A stretch of 41,007 nucleotides of DNA from a bacterium (GCA_019421105.1 JAHZFY010000001.1:3357-44363); one strand, 5' to 3'; shown: positions 8,378 through 16,706, counted from the first letter of the stretch. Translations and numbers: made by a program. The notes: a model not told the origin generated them from the letters alone.

Positions 8378-10339
8378 ATGAAAAAAATAACATTATTTTC
8401 TATTGTTGGATGTTTAAGCGTATTAGTTCTTGGCACCCTTTATTTTAAATCAAATGAGCAATTATTATTTAAAGCAAAAGAACAAGAATATGTTTTTAAT
8501 ATCAATAAAGATGGTATAACTAGTGATTTTGAAACTAAGTTTAAATCTAATATATTAAACGATTTTAGATTTACAACGTTTAGATTTGATGATACTGCCA
8601 CAAACGATAAAAGAACTTACTATAAATTAAACCCTATCACAGGTAGAATTTATAATTTGGATCCAATTTCTGGACTGAAAACAGTTAGAGCTAAATTTTC
8701 AGTTTCTACAACTTTAGATATGTTTTTTGGAAATGATATAAATCCAACAGATAATAAAATAACATTAAGCAAAGATGTGGAAGTTTCTTTAAGTGATTAT
8801 TCAAATTATAAATACATTGCATTTGCTAGTGCTAATAAAGTTAATATCGACTATATAAATATCACATATACTTGTATTGATGAAGGTGGTGGTGAGATTG
8901 TTCCACCTCCTGAAGGCCCTAAAGGTAGATTGCAAGTTTATGAAACAAATACTTCTAAAACCAAATTATTAGCCAAGCAAAAAGATTTGGAATTCAAAGA
9001 TTATGTAAAAAACGACTCTAATTCTGTTGTGAATGTTAAATTAAATTCATCACTAAATTCTCAATTGTATGGATATGGATGCGCTTTAACTCACTCCTCG
9101 GCATATTTATTAGCCAATGCTAAAAAAGAAGTAAGAGACGAAATATTAACAAGTTTGTTTTCTATTGAAAATGGTGCAGCGTTTTCAACATTAAGAATTC
9201 CTTTAGGAACTTCTGATTTTACTTTAAATGAGGAGCCTTTTTATACATTTGATGATATTAATAATGGAAAGGATTATGAGTTAACTAATTTTTCTATAGA
9301 AAAAGATGAAAGATTTTTGATTCCAATGATAAAAGAGATATTAAAAATTAATCCTGATATTCAAATTTTCGCTTCTCCTTGGAGTGCTCCTGCATGGATG
9401 AAAACTAATAACTCTTTAATCGGTGATTCTTTAATTGGAAATAATAATCAAACATATTCAAACCCTTCTAAAGAAGAAATAGCTTACGCAGAATATTTAT
9501 ATAAATCAATCAAAGCATATTCAGCTCAAGGAATAGATTTTGATTATATAACCATCGTCAATGAGCCTAATATAAAAGGTGCTGCGTATCCAAGCATGTA
9601 TATGGATGTAAAACAATACTTTAGAGTAAGCAAAAAATTATGCGAATTATTAGACGCAAATGATTTAAATAACATTCGTATTGATGCCTTTGATCATAAT
9701 CCTAAAGCCTCTAATGATACAAATATCTTTTCTTATCTTAATCCATTATTTAACGACCCATTATTAAGTAAATATGTTTCTGGTCTAGCCATGCATTGTT
9801 ATAACGGGAATTGGAGTGATATTTATTATGGATTTATTAAAACTTTCCAATATAAATATTCAAACAAAGAATTGCACATTACTGAAATTACCGAACATCA
9901 ACAAAGCACAGTTTTTGGCGCTAATTTAAAATGGGCTGCAAAAAATGTTACTATCGGCCCTGTTGGATTAGGTGTTTCATCTTGCATGTATTGGAATTTA
10001 TGTTTAGACGCAAACGGTGAACCAAAAAAGGGCAATGACGCTGCTTTATATGGTGTTGTTACTTTAGATGGGGACAACATAACTTATTCTTCCGCTTTTT
10101 ATGCGATGGCTCAAGTTAGCAAGTTTGCTCATAAAGTAAATAATAAAAATCCTCAACATTTAGAAACCATGTCCACTAGCGCAAATATTAAATCGTGTGC
10201 ATTTTTAAATGGTGATGGCACCACGACTATTTGTATAGCCAATACAAATGGAAAAATGGAAATGGTGGACATCGTCATTAATTCGTCTTCCATTACATAT
10301 AAATTACAACCTGGTTCCATTGTCACCTTTGTTTATTAG
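8378..10339 (+). CDS. Surface glycoside hydrolase family 30 with N-terminal beta-sandwich-like module (paralog of 2165-4693)
   Basis: N-terminal signal anchor or possible lipobox (FSIVGC). Unknown ~140-aa module, Pro/Gly linker GGGEIVPPPEGPKG, then a GH30 core: FASPWSAPAWMKTN, IVNEPN, HITEITE. SD AAAGGAA. Confidence 0.85.
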   Translation: MKKITLFSIVGCLSVLVLGTLYFKSNEQLLFKAKEQEYVFNINKDGITSDFETKFKSNILNDFRFTTFRFDDTATNDKRTYYKLNPITGRIYNLDPISGLKTVRAKFSVSTTLDMFFGNDINPTDNKITLSKDVEVSLSDYSNYKYIAFASANKVNIDYINITYTCIDEGGGEIVPPPEGPKGRLQVYETNTSKTKLLAKQKDLEFKDYVKNDSNSVVNVKLNSSLNSQLYGYGCALTHSSAYLLANAKKEVRDEILTSLFSIENGAAFSTLRIPLGTSDFTLNEEPFYTFDDINNGKDYELTNFSIEKDERFLIPMIKEILKINPDIQIFASPWSAPAWMKTNNSLIGDSLIGNNNQTYSNPSKEEIAYAEYLYKSIKAYSAQGIDFDYITIVNEPNIKGAAYPSMYMDVKQYFRVSKKLCELLDANDLNNIRIDAFDHNPKASNDTNIFSYLNPLFNDPLLSKYVSGLAMHCYNGNWSDIYYGFIKTFQYKYSNKELHITEITEHQQSTVFGANLKWAAKNVTIGPVGLGVSSCMYWNLCLDANGEPKKGNDAALYGVVTLDGDNITYSSAFYAMAQVSKFAHKVNNKNPQHLETMSTSANIKSCAFLNGDGTTTICIANTNGKMEMVDIVINSSSITYKLQPGSIVTFVY

Positions 10340-10379
10340 TCTTCTTTTAAATTCGGTCAATTTTTAATATAATTAATTT

Positions 10380-11369
10380 ATGAATAAAATTACTATATTA
10401 GGATCTGGCACTTGGGGTGTTGCTTTAGCTAATTTATTAGTTAATAACAAACACCAAGTGACAGTGTGGTCAAAATTTAAAGAAGAAATCGACGAAATAA
10501 ATAAAACTAAAACTCATAAAAACTTAAAGGGCGTTGCAATCGATGAGTCAATATTTTTTACAAACGATTTAAATTGTGTTGTAGATGCTGACATCATCAT
10601 TTTTGCTACACCTTCTATTTTTATTAGAGACACTGCGGTGCTAATCAAAGATTTAATCAATAAGAACCAAATTTTTGTTACTGTTGCTAAAGGTATTGAA
10701 AAGGATACTCTTTATTTTACTTCTGATATTATTTTAGATGTTTTAGGTGATGTTAATGTTGTTGCTTTAAGTGGTCCTACTCATGCTGAAGAAGTAGCTA
10801 TTGGTCTTCCAACTTTAATTGTTGCTGCATGCGAGAATTTAAAAATAGCTCAGTCAATTCAAGAAGTGTTTTCTAATGGATTTTTTAGAGTATACACTAA
10901 TACAGATATACATGGTGTAGAATTATGTGGAGCATTAAAAAATATCATTGCTTTAGCAGGCGGTATTTCTGATGGTGTAGGATATGGTGATAACGCTAAA
11001 GCCGCTATTATCACAAGAGGTCTTTACGAGATTACAAAGTTAGGTTTAGCAATGGGAAGCGAAGTTAAGACATTTGCAGGCTTGACTGGTATTGGTGATA
11101 TCGTTGTTACCGCTACTTCAAAACATTCAAGAAATAACAAAGCTGGATATTTAATCGGTAAAGGTTATAGTGTAGAAGATGCTAAAAAAGAAGTTGGAAT
11201 GGTTGTTGAAGGTATAAATGCTTTACAAGGAGCAATAGCTTTAAAAAATAAATACAATGTTGAATTGCCAATCATTGAAGCTGTCTACCAAGTCATTTTT
11301 GAAAATAAAGATGTTAAAGAAAGCGTGATATCTTTATTTAATAGATCACAAAAATCGGAGTTAAATTAA
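10380..11369 (+). CDS. gpsA: NAD(P)H-dependent glycerol-3-phosphate dehydrogenase
   Basis: 329 aa. Rossmann motif ILGSGTWGVALA. Conserved GALKNIIALAGG and GLTGIGDIVVT motifs typical of GpsA. Confidence 0.9.
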   Translation: MNKITILGSGTWGVALANLLVNNKHQVTVWSKFKEEIDEINKTKTHKNLKGVAIDESIFFTNDLNCVVDADIIIFATPSIFIRDTAVLIKDLINKNQIFVTVAKGIEKDTLYFTSDIILDVLGDVNVVALSGPTHAEEVAIGLPTLIVAACENLKIAQSIQEVFSNGFFRVYTNTDIHGVELCGALKNIIALAGGISDGVGYGDNAKAAIITRGLYEITKLGLAMGSEVKTFAGLTGIGDIVVTATSKHSRNNKAGYLIGKGYSVEDAKKEVGMVVEGINALQGAIALKNKYNVELPIIEAVYQVIFENKDVKESVISLFNRSQKSELN

Positions 11370-12409
11370 TGAATTATAAAGGGATATATAATGTGTTTTC
11401 CAACAAGAAATTCCATTTGCCTTTAAGATGGGATGGGGTGGATTTTGAAACGACCTTAAACGAACTATTCAAAACATACATTCAAACTTTAAAAGACAAT
11501 ATTGAAGATACTGGATTAATTAAAAAAGTCGAAGTTATATGCTTAGATATTAAAAAAGTTATTTCGATGTATTTTAAAGGATTCCCTTATATTTCTTATA
11601 TGGAGATGGACCCATTGATGCAAGCATTGATGAGCGACCCTTTAAACATATATCAAGATAAGGATTGGACCATGCCTTTTGAGGAAACAAAATCCTCGTT
11701 GAAACTATATAGAATGGTCAATGTTAAAGATATAAAAAACTATAGACGTACCAGGGTTTTTCATACCCCATATACTTTAAGGCATAAAATCCCAACATCT
11801 AGATATTCTATTGCTGGTTTTCCTAGTTTATATTTATCTACAGATTTAGAGCTTTGTTATGAAGAATTGGGAGGTAAATTAGAACTAAGTCATTATTTAG
11901 CTAGCCGATATGAAATTCTTCCTTTAGATGGCAAACAAATCAAAATATTAGAGCTAGGAGTAAAACCACAAGATTTTTATGAGAATAGACCTATTAATAG
12001 AAAAATTAATAAACAATTATTAACTAGCAATGATGTTCATAGGCAGTATATACTTTGGTATCCTTTAATTGCCGCGAGCAGTTTTTCTAGAGCGAATAAA
12101 AAAGATCCTTTCGCAGCAGAATATATATTGCCTCAACTATTGATGCAATGGATTAAAAAACACTCATTAGGCAAAATATTTTATGGTATTAGATATTTTT
12201 CTTGTGCATCTTTGAATGCCTCTAATCTAGGCTTTAATTATATATTCCCAACATCTGGCGATTACTTTGATAATACTCATCCATATTGCAATGTATTAGG
12301 AAGGATGTTTAAATTGACAAATCCTATTTATTTGCATGATTATAAAGATATTATCGAATGCCAAGGCATCTTAAATGAAGATGTTGAAATAGATTATTTT
12401 TATAAGTAA
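11369..12409 (+). CDS. RES-domain-like protein (putative NAD+-targeting toxin fold) with ~110-aa N-terminal extension
   Basis: 346 aa. TSRYSIAGFPSLYLSTDLELCYEEL gives R145-x9-Y155-x9-E165, the spacing seen in RES toxins. Later GIRYFSCAS...NYIFP supplies the Ser region. The ATG shares one base with the gpsA TAA (TAATG). GGAG lies 11 nt upstream. Confidence 0.55.
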   Translation: MNYKGIYNVFSNKKFHLPLRWDGVDFETTLNELFKTYIQTLKDNIEDTGLIKKVEVICLDIKKVISMYFKGFPYISYMEMDPLMQALMSDPLNIYQDKDWTMPFEETKSSLKLYRMVNVKDIKNYRRTRVFHTPYTLRHKIPTSRYSIAGFPSLYLSTDLELCYEELGGKLELSHYLASRYEILPLDGKQIKILELGVKPQDFYENRPINRKINKQLLTSNDVHRQYILWYPLIAASSFSRANKKDPFAAEYILPQLLMQWIKKHSLGKIFYGIRYFSCASLNASNLGFNYIFPTSGDYFDNTHPYCNVLGRMFKLTNPIYLHDYKDIIECQGILNEDVEIDYFYK

Positions 12410-12420
12410 AGGAGATTGGT

Positions 12421-12603
12421 ATGTTTTTAATAACTATGCCTAATTTATATGAAATTATCGGTGGTGTAATTTCAATATTATTTGTGATCATATTAATTAT
12501 TTTAATTTTTAAAATTTTTAAAGGAATATTAAAATTCATTGGCGGGATATTGGTTTTAGGACTGCTTGCAGTTGCGGTGCTGTTCTTTTTAGGAATCATT
12601 TAA
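12421..12603 (+). CDS. Small hydrophobic membrane peptide (60 aa, two predicted TM helices)
   Basis: SD AAGGAG 6-7 nt before the ATG. Two hydrophobic stretches (IIGGVISILFVIILIILIF and IGGILVLGLLAVAVLFFLGII). A terminator follows immediately. Confidence 0.5.
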   Translation: MFLITMPNLYEIIGGVISILFVIILIILIFKIFKGILKFIGGILVLGLLAVAVLFFLGII

Positions 12604-12608
12604 AAAAC

Positions 12609-12634
12609 GAGCTAGGTAAAATCCTAGCTTTTTT
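12609..12634 (+). terminator. Rho-independent terminator after the gpsA / RES / small-ORF unit
   Basis: AGCTAGG (12610-12616) pairs with CCTAGCT (12623-12629) around a 6-nt loop. T-run 12629-12634. Confidence 0.7.
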
Positions 12635-12635
12635 C

Positions 12636-12663
12636 TTGCAATGTAAACATTTATTTATATAAT
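12636..12663 (+). promoter_or_regulatory. Sigma-70-type promoter, TTGCAA-16 nt-TATAAT
   Basis: -35 TTGCAA at 12636-12641 and -10 TATAAT at 12658-12663. The predicted TSS falls about at ATG 12673. Confidence 0.5.
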
Positions 12664-13578
12664 ATGCTACATATGAGCATATCATTTAAAAACAAATTAA
12701 AAAAATTATTCTATAAAGTATATGAAAATCATATTGAATTTATAGAGCCAAGAAATCTAAAAAAAGATAAAAATACGGTCTTAAAATATTTTTTAGATGA
12801 CCCAAAAAATTTATTGCCATTATTATCTTTACACACTCTTCGTTATCTAGAACTTTTAATAGATGATAATGAATCTGTATTAAAAGAAGAATATGTTGCT
12901 AATGAAGATTTCTTCTTTTTGATATGCGCAAATATATTTGTGTACAACGAAGGATTTGAAATAAATAAAAAATATAAACCAGTTATCAAAGCAATTTTAA
13001 ACCCTCATGATATTGATAAAAATGCTAATTATGTAATGATAGCGACATATATAAAAGGTCTGATTGATATTTACGGTTACATAGAAACTAACGAATTAAA
13101 AAATATTATGAAAAAAGATTTAGATGTGAATGTATCTAATAAACTTTTATATGAAACATGCAAATATAATTGGTTGATTAACAATTATTGTGTTGTTACA
13201 AAAAAATACATATGTAGAAGAGAAATTCACAATATGTCTAAAGATTTTTTAGAAGCTAGAAGCACATTTAATTTTGATTATAAAAGATTTAATTGGGAAA
13301 AAGTCATTCGCTTTGCTAATAGTTTTGATTTTAATAGCAACATTCCGTTTTATGAAAAGAAAAATGATATGTTTATAAAAACATCTAAATGCTTATCTTT
13401 AGAACTAGATCCATTACAAGGCAGTTTAAGTAACTTTTTTAAAGAAGGTGAAGAAAGGATTCAAGACTTTTTTAATTATAATTTAACTTATCCAAAATGG
13501 GTCTTGAAAGGACACAATGTAAATGATATTTGCATTGACCCATTATTTATAAATCCAGAAAATATTGTGGAAGCATAA
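12664..13578 (+). CDS. Hypothetical protein (~301-304 aa), no recognisable domain
   Basis: Long ORF in an extremely AT-rich stretch, with no SD. ATG 12664 lies immediately after the predicted -10 box (12658-12663), upstream of the predicted TSS, so ATG 12673 (MSISFKN) is the more likely, near-leaderless start. Bracketed by terminators. Confidence 0.55.
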   Translation: MLHMSISFKNKLKKLFYKVYENHIEFIEPRNLKKDKNTVLKYFLDDPKNLLPLLSLHTLRYLELLIDDNESVLKEEYVANEDFFFLICANIFVYNEGFEINKKYKPVIKAILNPHDIDKNANYVMIATYIKGLIDIYGYIETNELKNIMKKDLDVNVSNKLLYETCKYNWLINNYCVVTKKYICRREIHNMSKDFLEARSTFNFDYKRFNWEKVIRFANSFDFNSNIPFYEKKNDMFIKTSKCLSLELDPLQGSLSNFFKEGEERIQDFFNYNLTYPKWVLKGHNVNDICIDPLFINPENIVEA

Positions 13579-13606
13579 AAATAACTCGGCAAAACCGAGT
13601 TATTTT
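13578..13606. terminator. Bidirectional terminator between convergent genes
   Basis: AAAATAACTCGG (13578-13589) pairs with CCGAGTTATTTT (13595-13606) around a CAAAA loop. A- and T-runs flank it on both sides. The right arm contains the stop codon of the minus-strand gene. Confidence 0.75.
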
Positions 13607-15213
13607 AATGTAATATTTATTATAAAGTTTTTATTTGATGCATAAGCGGTTATAGAAATTGTTTTATCGTTTATTGTTTTCTCGTATGTGTCCAATTCAT
13701 CTCCCATCATATATCCATTACTAACAAGCGTCATCATATAATCAAACGCAACATCTTTTGCTGCATTTTCATCTTCGCATTTACTTGTTAATGTTGCTAG
13801 ATTAAGTTCAGGCATACAAATAGCGTTATCCCAACCATTTGTAGGATAAACAAATGGTACTTCGTTAACCAATTCTTCGGACCCCATCATAATGACGAAA
13901 TCATTATAAAAGTCTGGCATATCTTTCCACGATGTCGGTTTATCGTATTCTACTATTTCAAAATTCTCATAAGGGATAGTTGCGTTTTCAAATTGAGTTA
14001 TTTCGATATGTTCTTGCCATAAATTAAAGGAATATGTATAGTCAATTTGCATTTTATTATCATTTAATGTCATCTTAAAAGAATTTTCATCTACACTATC
14101 AGCGTTGCTTACAATGCATTGATTAGGTAAAAAATATTCTAAATAATCATATAACCCTAATCCTGTTTCTAAGGTGTAAACACCATTGTTATAATCAAAT
14201 AATTCCGAAGACATTTTAAAATTCACTAAAACATCTTTGACTTTATACCCTTTATTTAGTGGTGCATTGGCCTGGAATATGATTTTATCATCTTGTTTAA
14301 TAACATCAAAAGTATAATAGCCATCATTAAAATCAATCATTCCAAATTCTTTTATAATGTCATCTTTTAAAGATTTAATATATATTAAATTCTCGTTTAC
14401 AATAACATCATACTTCTTATCAGAAATTAAGCCTTCTGGATCACTTTGTACATAAGTAAAAGCATAGCTTTGTTTTTTTAATAAATTTATTTTTTCTTGT
14501 AGCAAATCGTGTTCAGGAATGTGCTGTTTTGTTTTAATTTGCTTTACGTTTAAATCGTCTTTACTTTTTAAAGTAGCTTTAATTTCAAAAGAAATTTTAA
14601 TGTCTTCTGAAAATTCATCAAAAAATGCTTGATAGTTTAAAGTTAGTTGATTTTGATCTACATTAACAAATATAGAGTCTATAGTACCTTGATATAAAGT
14701 TATAACTCCATGAGCATATTTTTTATCTTGTTCTGAAAGATTTATTTCATAATCATCATTATTTGTTTTTGTTAAATTATCAACAGTTAATGAATTGAAT
14801 GGATTGGCATAAGTTAAATCATAATCAATTGTTTGGCCATATAGCAAAACTTCTTCTTCGACGATTGATTTATTGTCGATAGATATTTTCTTTTCAATGA
14901 CTTTGCCATCTTTATTTTTAAAATAATGAGATTCATTTAACACCACATCGTTTTTGGTTTCATAATTCCAATATTCATTACTAGAAATATAAGTTTTCAT
15001 ATTGCTTATTTCTATGTCAGTTTGTTCATGAGTATTTATATTATATTTGCTTTTAGTTAATTGAATATCTAAAGATAAATCACTTTTTAGTTTTTCTATA
15101 ATACTTTGTTTTGTATCAATTTGTGACGACTGACTAGTAGAAGAAGTGGTTGATGGATTGCACCCCATCAACAACATAATTGTTGGATAAATAATAAACA
15201 CTCTTTTTCTCAT
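13600..15213 (-). CDS. Lipoprotein of unknown function (~537 aa)
   Basis: Start moved to MRKRVFIIYPTIMLLMGC (ATG at 15213), which has SD GGAGG upstream. Lipobox LMGC followed by a Ser/Thr-rich linker. Confidence 0.7.
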   Translation of the reverse strand: MRKRVFIIYPTIMLLMGCNPSTTSSTSQSSQIDTKQSIIEKLKSDLSLDIQLTKSKYNINTHEQTDIEISNMKTYISSNEYWNYETKNDVVLNESHYFKNKDGKVIEKKISIDNKSIVEEEVLLYGQTIDYDLTYANPFNSLTVDNLTKTNNDDYEINLSEQDKKYAHGVITLYQGTIDSIFVNVDQNQLTLNYQAFFDEFSEDIKISFEIKATLKSKDDLNVKQIKTKQHIPEHDLLQEKINLLKKQSYAFTYVQSDPEGLISDKKYDVIVNENLIYIKSLKDDIIKEFGMIDFNDGYYTFDVIKQDDKIIFQANAPLNKGYKVKDVLVNFKMSSELFDYNNGVYTLETGLGLYDYLEYFLPNQCIVSNADSVDENSFKMTLNDNKMQIDYTYSFNLWQEHIEITQFENATIPYENFEIVEYDKPTSWKDMPDFYNDFVIMMGSEELVNEVPFVYPTNGWDNAICMPELNLATLTSKCEDENAAKDVAFDYMMTLVSNGYMMGDELDTYEKTINDKTISITAYASNKNFIINITLK

Positions 15214-15295
15214 ATTCAAACCTCCAATAGATATAAACATATTACTATAACAATTTTGTTAATCCAATAGCGGCACTTTTTGTTAATATATAATT

Positions 15296-15658
15296 ATGAA
15301 GTATATATTTGTTTACGGGACACTTAAAAAAGATCAAACCGCATCTTGGTCAAACGCTTTAAAAGACCAAGAATTTATTTCTAATGGTATTTTAAATGGA
15401 TATGTCATGTATAAAATATTAAATTCATATCCCGGCATTAAAAAAGGCAATGGAAAAATAATTGGTGAAGTGTATAAAGTTGATAACAATTTATTTGAGC
15501 AATTAGATAAGATAGAATGTGTTGATCAAAACCTTTATCAAAGAATTGAGGAAACAATCATTTTAGATAACGGCAAAACAATACCGGCTCAAGTATATGT
15601 ATATCAACAAGAGGTTCTAGATGAAGATTTGATGCTAGGACCAATATTTAAATGGTAG
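15296..15658 (+). CDS. Gamma-glutamylcyclotransferase-fold protein (AIG2/GGACT family)
   Basis: 120 aa. N-terminal YIFVYGTLKK motif and IIGEVY catalytic-Glu region typical of the family. No SD. Confidence 0.7.
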   Translation: MKYIFVYGTLKKDQTASWSNALKDQEFISNGILNGYVMYKILNSYPGIKKGNGKIIGEVYKVDNNLFEQLDKIECVDQNLYQRIEETIILDNGKTIPAQVYVYQQEVLDEDLMLGPIFKW

Positions 15659-16706
15659 TGGCTAATTTTTTAAGGTTTTCGTCTTTTAATAATTGTTTGA
15701 TTTCTTCGTATGTATTAAAAGTAGTGTTTTTATAAAGTTTATCGATTTTGTATATTAGTTCATCATTAATAGAATTTATTTTAAAATCAATTTTTTGTCG
15801 GGTATAGTTATATATCAAAACATCAACAAAACAACGTCTAAACAACGCTAAAATGCCTTTTTCTAGCCAATATTTAAATGGAATACCTTTATTTTTTTCT
15901 TTGATTTCTTCCTTTTTAAAATCTAAATAAAATTTTAAACCATCTTGTGGATTGTGCCATAAATCAATATAGACATAATCATATAAATTTAAATTGCTTA
16001 AATGGTTATATGCATTATCGTAGATGATTTTGATTTTATCTTTATATTTAAATTGAGGTAAAATCTCTTTTTTAAAAAAATCAATAATCGTTTTGTCATA
16101 TTCAATTACAGTTATAGAAGTTACTTCATCTTTTAATGAACACATATATTGATAATATCCAAGACCTAAACCGAACACGATTATATTACCTTTAGCATTT
16201 TTGATATCATCAATCATCGTATCGATTTCACTAGGGATTATTGACATCCAGCCAACATTGTTCTTTTTTAATGTTATGTATCTGTATGGCTTTTCAAAAT
16301 ATCCTATTTTAGATATTTCTTTAAAATATTCGTCTTCTAAGATATCAATGTCGTCATAAATAAACAATTCTTTAGACTTATATGATTCATATTTTAATTT
16401 ATATTCGCTTGAATAAGAGTTCTTAAGCTTTATATTAGTAAAATATTCATCTTTTAAATAATGATCAATATCTAATTTTTTAAAGCCATTAGGAAAATAT
16501 CTTTTAATTAATTGTTCATATTCATCATTAGGATCTAGATTAATTAAAAACTGAGAAAATATATTTTCATCTTTTATGCCGTCTAAAAATTTTATATCAT
16601 GTTTCATGGCATATAATAAAACATCTGCAATAGCGATATTTTCATCTTGCGTATCAAATAGTTTTATTAGTTTTGCTTCATCTTTTTTATTTAAATTAAA
16701 TTCCAT
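15648..16706 (-). CDS. Spermidine-synthase-like / class I methyltransferase-fold protein with unknown ~170-aa N-terminal region
   Basis: IIVFGLGLGYYQYM...ITVIEYDKTIIDFFKK...YDYVYIDLWHNPQDG follows the PABS/MTase layout, but the Gly-rich motif is degenerate. Promoter-like TTGAAA-16-TATAAA at 16765-16738. Confidence 0.45.
   Translation of the reverse strand: MEFNLNKKDEAKLIKLFDTQDENIAIADVLLYAMKHDIKFLDGIKDENIFSQFLINLDPNDEYEQLIKRYFPNGFKKLDIDHYLKDEYFTNIKLKNSYSSEYKLKYESYKSKELFIYDDIDILEDEYFKEISKIGYFEKPYRYITLKKNNVGWMSIIPSEIDTMIDDIKNAKGNIIVFGLGLGYYQYMCSLKDEVTSITVIEYDKTIIDFFKKEILPQFKYKDKIKIIYDNAYNHLSNLNLYDYVYIDLWHNPQDGLKFYLDFKKEEIKEKNKGIPFKYWLEKGILALFRRCFVDVLIYNYTRQKIDFKINSINDELIYKIDKLYKNTTFNTYEEIKQLLKDENLKKLATTI

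Noticed and set aside
12351-12599. 82-aa minus-strand ORF overlapping the small plus-strand membrane ORF and the end of the RES-like gene.
   Set aside because: The plus-strand 60-aa ORF has a canonical SD, a clean two-helix hydrophobic pattern and a terminator right after it. The minus-strand ORF has none of these and would run against the operon.
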